A DNA stretch of 63,352 nt, counting the filler, from assembly GCF_002087085.1 (NCBI RefSeq). It is 4 parts of 4 records of this genome, joined end to end, with 100 filler letters (N's around TTAATTAATTAA, not from the genome) between each part and the next. Parts side by side here need not be neighbours in the genome. Positions count along the whole stretch, not along the records: positions 1 to 25,565 come from NZ_MWQY01000031.1; positions 25,666 to 47,853 come from NZ_MWQY01000032.1; 2 more parts are not named here. One strand, 5' to 3'. Made by a program: the position numbers and the translations under genes. The notes beneath the pieces were generated by a model. The model had not been told where the DNA came from and ran no database searches. It worked only from the letters and a program-made list of their open reading frames with translations. Position 1 is the first letter of the stretch. Every line of letters starts with the position of its first letter. Below, one piece after another: positions 19,542 through 28,649 of the stretch.

Positions 19542-20558
19542 ATGTCTTCCGACAAGAAAATCAGAATAGCTGTCACCCTCGGTGATGCCGCCGGCATAGG
19601 CCCGGAGCTGACAGCAAAACTCCTGTCTGACCCAACGGTCTTCGACGGGACCAGAATCATCCTGATAGGGGACCAGCGGCAATGGGAAACCGGTATCTCC
19701 GTGGCAGGCGTCAAGGCGCCGGTCCCCAGAATTATTGAATCCCCGGACCAGATAGACAGCACCCCAGGAGACTTCCTGCTGCTGGACTACCCCACCCTGG
19801 ACCCCTCGACGGTGGAATACAGCAAGGTGGATGCCCGTGCGGGAAAAGCCGTCCTGGATACCCTGCTCTTCGCCATCAAGGTTATCCTGGAACAGAAACT
19901 CGACGGCTTCATCTTTGCGCCCCTGAACAAGGAAGCCATGCATAAAGGCGGGTCTCCCTACGGCAGCGAGCTGGAACTCTTCAAGGAGCATTTTCCGAAC
20001 CACAAGGCCCTGGAAGAGATTAACATCCTGGATGAATCCTGGACCATGAGGGTAACCTCTCATGTCGGGATTCGGGATGTCGCTTCCATGATAAGCAAAG
20101 AGAACGTACTGGCCGCCATTCGTTTTGTCAACGCCGCCATGAGGGCCTACGGCAAGGAGAATCCCAGGCTCGCGGTTGCGGCCCTGAACCCTCACGGCGG
20201 GGAGCATGGCCTCTTCGGCGACGAAGAAGGACGGGCCATCGAACCAGCGGTCGGGGCGGCCAGGGCCGAAGGAATCAGCGCGGAGGGACCGTTCCCCTCC
20301 GATACGGTATTCATCAAGCTCAGGGACGGTATCTACGACGCGGTAATCGCCATGTACCATGACCAGTGCCAGATAGCTACCAAGCTGATGGGTTTCCACC
20401 GGGGGGTCACCTACCATGCCGGTTTTCCGGTCCCCATCACCACACCGGCCCATGGTACCGCCTTCGATATCGCGGGCCAGGGAGTTGCGGATGTCGGTGC
20501 TACCCGGCACGCATTCAAGGTGGTTCGAAATATTGCCCTCAACGCACGCAAAGCCTGA
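19542..20558 (+). CDS. pdxA: PdxA family dehydrogenase (probably catabolic PdxA2 type)
   Basis: 'GDAAGIGPE', 'APLNK', 'LNPHGGE', 'AMYHDQ', 'HGTAFDIAG'; lies in a TRAP operon. Confidence 0.88.
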   Translation: MSSDKKIRIAVTLGDAAGIGPELTAKLLSDPTVFDGTRIILIGDQRQWETGISVAGVKAPVPRIIESPDQIDSTPGDFLLLDYPTLDPSTVEYSKVDARAGKAVLDTLLFAIKVILEQKLDGFIFAPLNKEAMHKGGSPYGSELELFKEHFPNHKALEEINILDESWTMRVTSHVGIRDVASMISKENVLAAIRFVNAAMRAYGKENPRLAVAALNPHGGEHGLFGDEEGRAIEPAVGAARAEGISAEGPFPSDTVFIKLRDGIYDAVIAMYHDQCQIATKLMGFHRGVTYHAGFPVPITTPAHGTAFDIAGQGVADVGATRHAFKVVRNIALNARKA

Positions 20559-20624
20559 GGACAGAACCCAACAAGAAAACAGCAGAACAAAACGGTCTGC
20601 CGGTTCTCCTGACCAGGACGGGAA

Positions 20625-21749
20625 TCAATCCCAGGGGAACCGGTAGTCCATCTTCCAGCGATCCCGGAGTTCCTGCATCTGTTTCTGCAGCACCGGCGGT
20701 ACGGGACAGCCCCGGGTCTTCCGGTAGTTCCAGGCGATCCACTCCTTTTCTCCCGCAGTGTAGATACGCTCCTCCCCTTCAGCCTTCTGCGAGCTTCGCA
20801 GGTCCCGCATTATGGCCCCGGCTATTCGTTTGAAAGTCTCGAGGCCCATAAAAAATTCGGTATTAATGGCAATAAAAAAGTGGCCCAGGGGGTAAGGAAT
20901 ACGCTTTCCCTCTTCGTCAAAGCCGTTGAGGTCCCGCAGGAAGGAACCGCCCTGCAGGGCCGCGGACAGGACTTCAACCACCGTGGCATATCCGTAGCCC
21001 TTGTAACCCGCCCCTTCCTCTCCGAGACCACCCAGGGGAGCCAGGGCAGCCCCTCCTGTGGTCAGGTCTTTCAGCACCTGCTGTGTATCCGTTCGCGTCT
21101 TTCCGTCCCGACCTATTACCCAGCCGGGAGGAAGCTCTTTTCCAGAGCGGCCGTACATCTCTATCTTGCCCCGCTGGGTCACGGAGGTAGCACAGTCGAG
21201 AACAAAGGGGAACTCCTCATCCGTGGGAAAACCGATGGTGAGAGGATTCGTCCCCAGCATATTCTCCACACCGAAGGTGGGGGCAATGGAAGGCCTGGCA
21301 TTGGTTCCTGTAATTCCGATCATCCCCGCATTGCAGGCCATCAGGGCGTAGTAGCCTGCGATACCATAGTGGGTGGAGTTTCTGACAACAGACATCCCCA
21401 TCCCGTGCTTCCCTGCCTTCTCGATGGCCATTTCCATGGCTGTTTTCGCCACCACATGGCCCATCCCGTTATTTCCGTCCAGGACAGCACTTGTCTCGGT
21501 CTCTTTTACCACATCAATACTGGTTACCGGATTCAGGATTCCCTGATCGATACGATCGATATAGATCGGCTTGAGCCGTCCTATACCGTGGGAATCGATT
21601 CCGCGTTTATCCGAGGTAATCAGTACATCCGTAACTACCCGGGCGTCTTTTTCCGGTACACCGCTTTTTATGAGGCAGTCCTTCATGAAGCTTTCCAGCA
21701 GATCAAAATCAACCCATGAACAGTCTGCATATTCATCCTGATATGCCAT
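20625..21749 (-). CDS. Ldh_2 family (malate/L-lactate/ureidoglycolate) oxidoreductase
   Basis: 'RGIDSHG', 'NSTHYG', 'GTNP', 'LDCATS', 'YKGYG'. Confidence 0.9.
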   Translation of the reverse strand: MAYQDEYADCSWVDFDLLESFMKDCLIKSGVPEKDARVVTDVLITSDKRGIDSHGIGRLKPIYIDRIDQGILNPVTSIDVVKETETSAVLDGNNGMGHVVAKTAMEMAIEKAGKHGMGMSVVRNSTHYGIAGYYALMACNAGMIGITGTNARPSIAPTFGVENMLGTNPLTIGFPTDEEFPFVLDCATSVTQRGKIEMYGRSGKELPPGWVIGRDGKTRTDTQQVLKDLTTGGAALAPLGGLGEEGAGYKGYGYATVVEVLSAALQGGSFLRDLNGFDEEGKRIPYPLGHFFIAINTEFFMGLETFKRIAGAIMRDLRSSQKAEGEERIYTAGEKEWIAWNYRKTRGCPVPPVLQKQMQELRDRWKMDYRFPWD

Positions 21750-21947
21750 TACACCCCCTTATTACAATGCACGTATAATACCCTATAAAGATACTCCAGG
21801 CCTGCCGGAATAATCAAACCTCAAAATACCGAGTCAGATCTTTATTGACATTTTCCTTCTGGCAACAATTTCATTGACACAACACCCTTTTCGCCCTAAG
21901 ATTAGTTTTCATAGTATACAATCGCTAAAAATGACGAGGAGTTCGCC

Positions 21948-23033
21948 ATGTGCGCTTTCCCCTTTGGGAACGATCCTGCAAAGATTGAAGGCTACCGAAA
22001 GTTCTGGAACCGAAGTCCCGCAGCGCGGCCCCTCGTAGGATTCTCCTATAAAAGCTGGTTTCCCCTGGACGAGTTCTCCGCCAGCTCAGGCTGGAAACAG
22101 GACAGCGTTCTCAGTCCCCGGATGGTTCGACCCCGGGAGTTCCTTGACGATCAGGAGCGCCTTTTACGAGAAGGGGAGGAAATCGAGGACGACATTCTGC
22201 GCGGAGCTTCCCCCTCCCAGGCGATTTTCTGGGGCTGCGGAACCCTGGGCAGCGAGATGCACATTATGCCTGGAAACATCGTCGCGGTGGACCGCGCCCT
22301 TGACTGGGATCAGGTGAGCGATGTCTCCCTGGACGCCCACCGGGGCAGTCCCTGGTTCAACACCTACATAGAGTTCATCGACGAACTGGTGCAGCGTTCC
22401 CGGGGACGCTTTCCCGTATCCCACGGAACCCTGGTCGGGCCCCTGGATTACGCGGTATCCCTTCGGGGACACGAGCAGACCGCCGTGGATTTGATGCTGG
22501 ACCCGGACAAGGCCTTCGACCTTCTCCTCAGGCTGGCGGATTTCTTTATCCAGATCACCCAGGAGGCCTGGAACCGAATACCCCTGTTTCACGGCGGTTA
22601 CTACGACGCCCAGTACCAGCTCTGGTCTCCGGGATCCATCGTCCGCCTGCAGGAGGATGCGGTGGCAGTCATCTCTCCGGACCTGTACAGGAAGTACCTG
22701 AGCCAGGTGGACCGCCGTGTTGCCTGTCAGTTCGAGAATACCTTTATGCACCTCCACGCAACATCCATGTTTATCCTGGACCAGCTCCTGGAGATTGAAG
22801 AGATTCGCGCCTTTGAAATCAACAATGATGTGGGCGGTCCCCCCGTAAAAGAGATGCTCCCCTACTTTCAGATGGTACAGAAAGCAGGGCGCCCCCTGTT
22901 GATCCGGGGCTCCTTTACCGAGGATGAGCTCAAGCTTCTCATGGATTCCCTCGATTCCGCAGGTCTCTATCTTTATATAATGGTAGCCGACGGCGAGGAG
23001 ATTTCCCGCCTGAAACCCATCGTCGGCATGTAA
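21948..23033 (+). CDS. UroD/MetE-like TIM-barrel protein of unknown function
   Basis: 'GPLDYAVSLRG', 'LQEDAVAVISP', 'MHLHA'; first gene of the catabolic operon. Confidence 0.65.
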   Translation: MCAFPFGNDPAKIEGYRKFWNRSPAARPLVGFSYKSWFPLDEFSASSGWKQDSVLSPRMVRPREFLDDQERLLREGEEIEDDILRGASPSQAIFWGCGTLGSEMHIMPGNIVAVDRALDWDQVSDVSLDAHRGSPWFNTYIEFIDELVQRSRGRFPVSHGTLVGPLDYAVSLRGHEQTAVDLMLDPDKAFDLLLRLADFFIQITQEAWNRIPLFHGGYYDAQYQLWSPGSIVRLQEDAVAVISPDLYRKYLSQVDRRVACQFENTFMHLHATSMFILDQLLEIEEIRAFEINNDVGGPPVKEMLPYFQMVQKAGRPLLIRGSFTEDELKLLMDSLDSAGLYLYIMVADGEEISRLKPIVGM

Positions 23034-23045
23034 ACAGGAGCAGCA

Positions 23046-24215
23046 ATGAAGATACGCGATATCCGCACCCATCTGTTAAAGGCCCCCCTGGGGGACAAAC
23101 GTTTTTACTCCTCCCAGGCAGCCTTTCCCGCCCGGACGAGTCTTCTGGTAGAGGTCATCGCGGAAGACGGCCGTGTCGGCTGGGGCGAAGGTGGGCAGTG
23201 GGGCCCCACGGAACCGCCTGCCGCAGTGATTGAACAGATATTCAAGCCCATGCTCATCGGCCGTTCCGTTCACGACGTTACCCGGATCTGGGAAGAACTC
23301 TACGGCTACACCCGGGATTTCGCCCGCAGGGGACCCTACCTGGAGGCACAGAGCGCCCTGGACGTGGCTCTCTGGGACCTGAAGGGACAAGACCTGGGGG
23401 TGCCCATCCATTCCCTCTTCGGCGGAGCCTTCCGGGATTCCGTGCCCGCCTACGCCACGGGCTGCTACTACCGTGGTGCGGACGTCCATGACGAGGCAGC
23501 CGTGCTGGAGGCCCTGAAAAAAGAGGCGGCATCCTACGTTGAGGCAGGTTTTTCCATCCTGAAAATCAAGACCGGCCTGTGGCCTGTAGACAAAGATGCC
23601 AAACGCATCGCCGCCGTCCGCGAAGCCGTGGGACCGGATATTGCCCTGCTCTCCGACGCAAACCACGCCTACAGGGCCTCAGATGCCCTTCGGGTGGGAA
23701 GAATACTGGAAGAGTACGGCTACCTTATGTTCGAGGAACCGGTTCCTCCGGAGGACCTGGACGGTTACCGGCGCCTCCGTTCTTCCCTGAACATCGCTAT
23801 TGCCGGAGGTGAGTGTGAATATACCCGCTGGGGCTTCCGGGACCTGATCGTCGGCGGAACCCTGGATATCGTTCAGCCGGATATTTCCGTAGCCGGCGGA
23901 CTTTCGGAGTTCGCCAAGATCCTCGCCCTGGCCACCGCCTACAATCTGATGGTGCTTCCCCACGTATGGGGCTCCGGTATCGCCCTGGCAGCCTCGCTCC
24001 AGGCCCTGGCGATTATCCCCGAGTCCCCCTACCGGGCATTCCCCCTCCCCTTCGAGACCGAGCCCATCGTTGAGTTCGACAGAAACCCCAATCCCCTGCG
24101 GGACGACCTCATTACCACGCCCTTCAGCCTGGTTGACGGACGCCTACCGGTTCCGCAGAAGCCCGGACTGGGAGTGGAGGTTAACCGGGAGGTACTGAAG
24201 AAGTACACAACCTGA
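23046..24215 (+). CDS. Mandelate racemase/MLE enolase-superfamily enzyme (D-galactarolactone cycloisomerase-like)
   Basis: 'DVALWDLKG', 'YATGCY', 'KIKTG', 'DANHAY', 'FEEP', 'AGGE', 'QPD', 'PHVWG'. Confidence 0.88.
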   Translation: MKIRDIRTHLLKAPLGDKRFYSSQAAFPARTSLLVEVIAEDGRVGWGEGGQWGPTEPPAAVIEQIFKPMLIGRSVHDVTRIWEELYGYTRDFARRGPYLEAQSALDVALWDLKGQDLGVPIHSLFGGAFRDSVPAYATGCYYRGADVHDEAAVLEALKKEAASYVEAGFSILKIKTGLWPVDKDAKRIAAVREAVGPDIALLSDANHAYRASDALRVGRILEEYGYLMFEEPVPPEDLDGYRRLRSSLNIAIAGGECEYTRWGFRDLIVGGTLDIVQPDISVAGGLSEFAKILALATAYNLMVLPHVWGSGIALAASLQALAIIPESPYRAFPLPFETEPIVEFDRNPNPLRDDLITTPFSLVDGRLPVPQKPGLGVEVNREVLKKYTT

Positions 24216-24256
24216 CCGCAAGGTCGATTGTCAATAATTATCACAGGAGTCTGTGT

Positions 24257-24685
24257 ATGTTTACCAAACTTGAACATGTTGCTTTAAGTGTAAAGGACAT
24301 TGAACGTTCAATTGAGTTCTACCGTGATGTAATCGGGTTCGAGGTAAAAATGCGTCTGGAACCGGATCCCAAACTTCCCCAGGAAAAGGTGGTAGCCCTC
24401 AAGGGCGCTGCACCCCGGATTGCTCATCTGTACCTGGGAGGATTCATGCTGGAACTCTTTCAGTACCTGAGCCCGGTTGGTCGTCCCATCCCCGAGGATT
24501 TTACCCAGGCGGACAACGGTTTCACCCACATCTCCCTTACCTCCACCGATACCCGGGCCGACTACAAGTACCTGGTGGAAAAAGGCGTAGAGTTCCTGAG
24601 CGAACCGACGGAATTCCGCCCCGGTGTCTGGATCTGCTTTTTTAAAGGACCCGACGGAGAAATCGTGGAGGTACGGCAGACATGA
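24257..24685 (+). CDS. VOC/glyoxalase family protein
   Basis: 'EHVALSVKD', 'LELFQY', 'THIS', 'GPDGEIVE'. Confidence 0.9.
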   Translation: MFTKLEHVALSVKDIERSIEFYRDVIGFEVKMRLEPDPKLPQEKVVALKGAAPRIAHLYLGGFMLELFQYLSPVGRPIPEDFTQADNGFTHISLTSTDTRADYKYLVEKGVEFLSEPTEFRPGVWICFFKGPDGEIVEVRQT

Positions 24686-25488
24686 AGCTCGGACTTGAAG
24701 GCTCCCGGGCTGTAGTCACCGGTGCCGGAGGAGCCATCGGCGGCAGCATCGCCGAGCTCCTGGTAAAGGAGGGCGCCAGGGTGGCTATCTGGGACATCTC
24801 CGCCGAAAAGGCCGGGGAGGAGGCAAAAAAACTGGGAACAGACAGGGCCTTTCCCGTCACCTGCGACGTTACCAACCATGCCTCCATAAAAGTTGCCATG
24901 GAAAAATCCGTCGCCCAGCTGGGGGGCCTGGACATACTGGTCAACTGCGCAGGAGGCAGCCACCCGACCACAACGACCTCGGAGGAGCTTCCCTTCTTCG
25001 ATATTCTTCCCGACGATATGCGCAGGATCATGGACCTTAACTACCTGTCCGCGGTTATGACCTCCCAGGAGGCGGGACGGATCTTCGCCAGGCAGAAAAA
25101 GGGAGCGATACTGAACATCTCTTCCATAGCAGGTATTCTTCCTGTTACCCGGGGAATCAGCTACTCCAACGGCAAGGCGGCGACCAACAGCCTGACCAAA
25201 TGGCTGGCGGTACACATGGCCACCAACTACTCCCCGGACATCCGGGTAAACGCAGTTGCACCGGGCTTTCTGCTGACCGAGCAGAACCGCTTTCTGCTCT
25301 TCGACGAAAAGACCGGCGAACCCTCACAGCGGGGCAGAACAGTCATGTCCCAGGTTCCCATGAGACGCTACGGGACTCCTCAGGAGATCGCCGCCATGGC
25401 GGTATTCCTTGTATCGGAGCCGGCCAGCTTTATTACCGGTTCGGTTGTCCCCGTGGACGGAGGACTCACCTCTTTCCTGGGAGTATAG
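24682..25488 (+). CDS. SDR oxidoreductase (D-mannonate oxidoreductase-like)
   Basis: 'TGAGGAIG', 'NCAGGSHP', 'YSNGK', 'KWLAVHMA', 'PGFLLTEQNRFLL'. Confidence 0.82.
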   Translation: MKLGLEGSRAVVTGAGGAIGGSIAELLVKEGARVAIWDISAEKAGEEAKKLGTDRAFPVTCDVTNHASIKVAMEKSVAQLGGLDILVNCAGGSHPTTTTSEELPFFDILPDDMRRIMDLNYLSAVMTSQEAGRIFARQKKGAILNISSIAGILPVTRGISYSNGKAATNSLTKWLAVHMATNYSPDIRVNAVAPGFLLTEQNRFLLFDEKTGEPSQRGRTVMSQVPMRRYGTPQEIAAMAVFLVSEPASFITGSVVPVDGGLTSFLGV

Positions 25489-25510
25489 AATACGGATTAA
25501 TCAGAAAAAG

Positions 25511-25565
25511 GGGGCTGTCTAAGAAGAATCTTAGTCAGCTCCTTTACTATTTTGGGAGTGAGGGT
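25511..25565. mobile_element. Same IS end as 1-55, inverted, at contig end
   Basis: 55-bp exact inverted repeat of 1-55. Confidence 0.6.
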
Positions 25566-25665
25566 NNNNNNNNNNNNNNNNNNNNNNNNNNNNNNNNNNN
25601 NNNNNNNNNTTAATTAATTAANNNNNNNNNNNNNNNNNNNNNNNNNNNNNNNNNNNNNNNNNNNN
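25566..25665. other. Artificial contig spacer
   Basis: N-run + TTAATTAATTAA + N-run, 100 bp. Confidence 0.99.
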
Positions 25666-25906
25666 TGCCGGAGGAGGTAATAAGGTGTGAGAATATCCTC
25701 CAATAGGGGACTTTTTTCTTCACGAAAATATCGAGGCTGAATGTCTGGGAAGAGAAGCCGACACCGCAGTGAAAGCACCGAAAGCGCTGAATCCTGCCGA
25801 AAAGTCGGGAAGAGTAGCTGCCGTTTCTTACATACCAGGCAGCAGTTTTTGTGGATAGATAATGGTTCCTGCACTCCTTGTTGGGACAGAAAGGGGGATG
25901 AAACAT
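25666..25906 (-). mobile_element. 5' part of a zinc-ribbon transposase-like gene, truncated by contig end
   Basis: 'PPFCPNKECRNH...RNG...IQRFRCFHCG..FSSQTF' IS1-like zinc ribbon; GGAG RBS upstream. Confidence 0.65.
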
Positions 25907-26218
25907 TATAAAAACTCCTTTTTTTCAGTGGTTCTACTGCTAAATACCAGCAGAACAAGGAGTTTGCTTCAGATCATCCCCACGGTTCGGGACACTACAC
26001 AAAGCTTTCACTCTTCCAGGGCACTTCCACAAGCTTAAGCAGCCGTGAAAACAGGCAGTGTACCTGGAAACAGCTTCAGCGAATCAGGATTCAGCATAAA
26101 AGCAGTTTTCAGATCTGCCCCCGCAAAAAAAACTTGACAGATACCGCATATCGTTCAACAATACAATAAATATTAAACTGTTAAACTAATTCACCATTAC
26201 TCCAGCTTAGGAGGCAGC

Positions 26219-26716
26219 ATGAGAAGGAACTGGTACCGCATCGTCCTGGCGATTTCGGTGGTAGTACTGTGGTTATTATTGACCCGCCCGGTAACAGGGC
26301 AGGAACTTACAGCCGGTCTGATACTGGCACTGATTCTGGCGCTGAGCCCCCTTCCGGGTTCAAAAGTATACGGCGAAATCAGCCTTGTGCCGAAAAAGAT
26401 ACTCGCGTCCTTTGTATATCTCATTATTTTTCTGGCCGCAGTTTTTAAATCCAATATCGATGTCGCGCTGCGTGTTTTAAGCCCCAGGCTCCCGATAAAT
26501 CCCGGGATCGTGCGGGTAAAAACCCGCTTGCGGAGTGCCCTCGGCCGGATGGTTCTGGCCAATTCCATTACCCTGACACCCGGTACCATAACCGTCGATA
26601 TCCGCGACGACGACCTGTTCATCCACTGGATCAACATTCAGTCCACCGACGTCCAGGAATCTACTCAGAAAATCGTCAGTGATTTTGAACGTCATTTGGA
26701 GGTGATCTTTGGCTGA
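26219..26716 (+). CDS. mnhE: Mrp-type Na+/H+ antiporter subunit E (MbxA-like)
   Basis: 'INPGIV', 'LANSITLTPGT', 'IHWI'. Confidence 0.92.
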   Translation: MRRNWYRIVLAISVVVLWLLLTRPVTGQELTAGLILALILALSPLPGSKVYGEISLVPKKILASFVYLIIFLAAVFKSNIDVALRVLSPRLPINPGIVRVKTRLRSALGRMVLANSITLTPGTITVDIRDDDLFIHWINIQSTDVQESTQKIVSDFERHLEVIFG

Positions 26717-26969
26717 TCTTATTCTTTTTGTCGCCGGCATCATTGTCCTGGCTGCCCTGGTGCTTGCCTTTGTCCGCTTTCTTGCCGGCCCCGATTATAT
26801 GAACAGAGTGGTGGCCTTCGATGCCCTGACGATCATGTCGCTCTCGGTAATCATCATGCTGTCCCACTACCTGGAACGTACAGCCTATCTTGACGTTGCC
26901 CTGGTATACGCGCTCCTCAGCTTTCTGGGAGTAATTGCCGTAGCCCGTTTTTCGGAAAAGGAGCTCTAG
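26709..26969 (+). CDS. mnhF: Mrp subunit F (MbxB-like)
   Basis: 'GPDYMNRVVAFD...LDVALVYALLSFLG'. Confidence 0.9.
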   Translation: MADLILFVAGIIVLAALVLAFVRFLAGPDYMNRVVAFDALTIMSLSVIIMLSHYLERTAYLDVALVYALLSFLGVIAVARFSEKEL

Positions 26970-26970
26970 A

Positions 26971-27330
26971 ATGACTGAAATTATCGGAGCTTTACTGGTT
27001 TTGGCGGGTGCACTTTTTCTGTTTCTTGCCGCTCTGGGGCTTATCCGCATGCCGGATGTCTACAACCGCATGCAGGCGGGTACAAAAGCGACCACTCTGG
27101 GCAGCATGCTGATTTTCATCGGTTTCAGCCTTTACAACCCCGGACACTGGCAGAAGTATCTGCTCCTGATTCTCTTCATCTTTCTGACAAACCCTCTCTC
27201 GTCCCATGCTCTGGCCCGGGCGGCCCACTTCAGCGGAATCCCGGCGCTTCTGGAAAAGTACGGATCACCGGAAACCCGACGGGACGACCTCCGCGAGGCC
27301 GGAGATCCCGAACAAGGAGGTGTCCGATGA
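26971..27330 (+). CDS. mnhG: Mrp subunit G (MbxC-like)
   Basis: 'RMPDVYNRMQAGTKATTLG', 'TNPLSSHALARA'. Confidence 0.92.
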   Translation: MTEIIGALLVLAGALFLFLAALGLIRMPDVYNRMQAGTKATTLGSMLIFIGFSLYNPGHWQKYLLLILFIFLTNPLSSHALARAAHFSGIPALLEKYGSPETRRDDLREAGDPEQGGVR

Positions 27331-27602
27331 TACATGCTGTACTGATTGTTTTTTCCCTGATGATGCTGGCTTCTGCCCTGGCCGCGGTACTGCTCAAGGA
27401 CGTGACTGGATCGATAATCGCTGCGGGGGTTGTTTCCCTCCTGGCCAGTGTGCTGTACCTGATTTACGGTGCCCCGGATGTCGCCATGACCGAGGCGGCC
27501 ATCGGGTCCGCCCTTACCACCGTTGTGTTCCTGATCGCCTGGGGCAGAATCAAGGGCGGGGAAGTTGACCAACCGGCAAACAGGGGGTCCAGCAATGATT
27601 AA
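27327..27602 (+). CDS. DUF4040/MbhD-like subunit (MbxD-like)
   Basis: 'APDVAMTEAAIG'. Confidence 0.9.
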   Translation: MIHAVLIVFSLMMLASALAAVLLKDVTGSIIAAGVVSLLASVLYLIYGAPDVAMTEAAIGSALTTVVFLIAWGRIKGGEVDQPANRGSSND

Positions 27603-28293
27603 ACGCATGAGCGTTCTGGTCCTTATGGTGCTGCTGGCCCTGGTGTTCTTTCCGCTGATATCCGGGATGCAGGACAGGGCTGAAATAGGGAAGCTCGCCA
27701 CGGCTTACCTGGAACAGGGGGTTGAGGATCTGAACGCCGCCAACCTGGTTACCTCTGTTATTGTCAGCTATCGCGGTCTGGACACCCTGGGGGAAGTTAC
27801 GGTACTTTTCGCCGCCGCGGCGGGTATCGCTCTGGTGTTTTCCCGTAAAAACGAAAGGCGTGAAAAAAACCATGATGAACGCAGAGAACCCTCGGAACTT
27901 ATTAAAACCGGTGCGGGGTTTCTGCTGCCTCCCATTTTCATCTTCGGTATCTATATCTTCCTGCACGGACACCTGACTCCCGGAGGAGGCTTTCAGGGAG
28001 GAGTAATAATCGCCTCGGGCGTTTTCTACGCCCTGGTGGCTGGGCTCAGGGAGGAACTCTCCCATGGCCTGCTTTCCGCGCTGGAAATGATTTCCGGTGC
28101 CGGCTACGTGGCCATGGGGCTGCTGGGGCTCTGGCTGGCCGCCGGTTTCCTGGACCCCCGATTTCTTCCTGCAGGAGAGTTCGGCAGCCTCTTTTCCGCC
28201 GGCGCCATACCGGTGATCTATACCCTGATCGGCGTCAAGGTCGGGGCCGAACTGTCGGGGGTAATCGATACCATGAAAAGGAGCCGCCCATGA
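27595..28293 (+). CDS. mnhB: MnhB-like subunit (MbhE/F fusion, MbxF-like)
   Basis: 'NLVTSVIVSYRGLDTLGE', 'HGHLTPGGGFQGG'. Confidence 0.9.
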   Translation: MIKRMSVLVLMVLLALVFFPLISGMQDRAEIGKLATAYLEQGVEDLNAANLVTSVIVSYRGLDTLGEVTVLFAAAAGIALVFSRKNERREKNHDERREPSELIKTGAGFLLPPIFIFGIYIFLHGHLTPGGGFQGGVIIASGVFYALVAGLREELSHGLLSALEMISGAGYVAMGLLGLWLAAGFLDPRFLPAGEFGSLFSAGAIPVIYTLIGVKVGAELSGVIDTMKRSRP

Positions 28294-28649
28294 GCACCCA
28301 GCTCTTGACTCTGCTGGCGCTGCTTTTGATGGGGATCGGGGTTTTCGGTCTCCTCTCCCGGCGCCATATCATGAAGATCATCGTAAGTTTTTCGCTGCTG
28401 GATACGGGAATCCATATCCTGCTCGTGGCAGTGGGATACCGCTCACAGGGGACGGCCCCGATTTTTGATGCGGACCTGACGGTTCGCGAGGGGCTGGCCA
28501 GGGCGGTGGACCCGGTTCCTTCCGCTCTGGTCCTTACGGCCATAGTTATAGGACTGGCTGTTACGGCGCTGATGCTCAGTTTCGCCGTTAAGATCTATCA
28601 GCGCAGAAAAACTGTCCATGTGGACAAAATAAGGGAACTCAAATGGTAA
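28290..28649 (+). CDS. mnhC: Mrp subunit C (MbxG-like)
   Basis: 'DPVPSALVLTAIVIG'. Confidence 0.92.
   Translation: MSTQLLTLLALLLMGIGVFGLLSRRHIMKIIVSFSLLDTGIHILLVAVGYRSQGTAPIFDADLTVREGLARAVDPVPSALVLTAIVIGLAVTALMLSFAVKIYQRRKTVHVDKIRELKW

Noticed and set aside
1..25565. Composite transposon carrying all of contig 1
   Set aside because: The cargo has host-like composition and housekeeping genes and no TSD can be seen; independent IS insertions explain it equally well.
25566..25665. TTAATTAATTAA motif within N-runs (also 47854-47953 and 60576-60675)
   Set aside because: Artificial six-frame-stop contig spacer; ORFs and gene linkage across it are not real.
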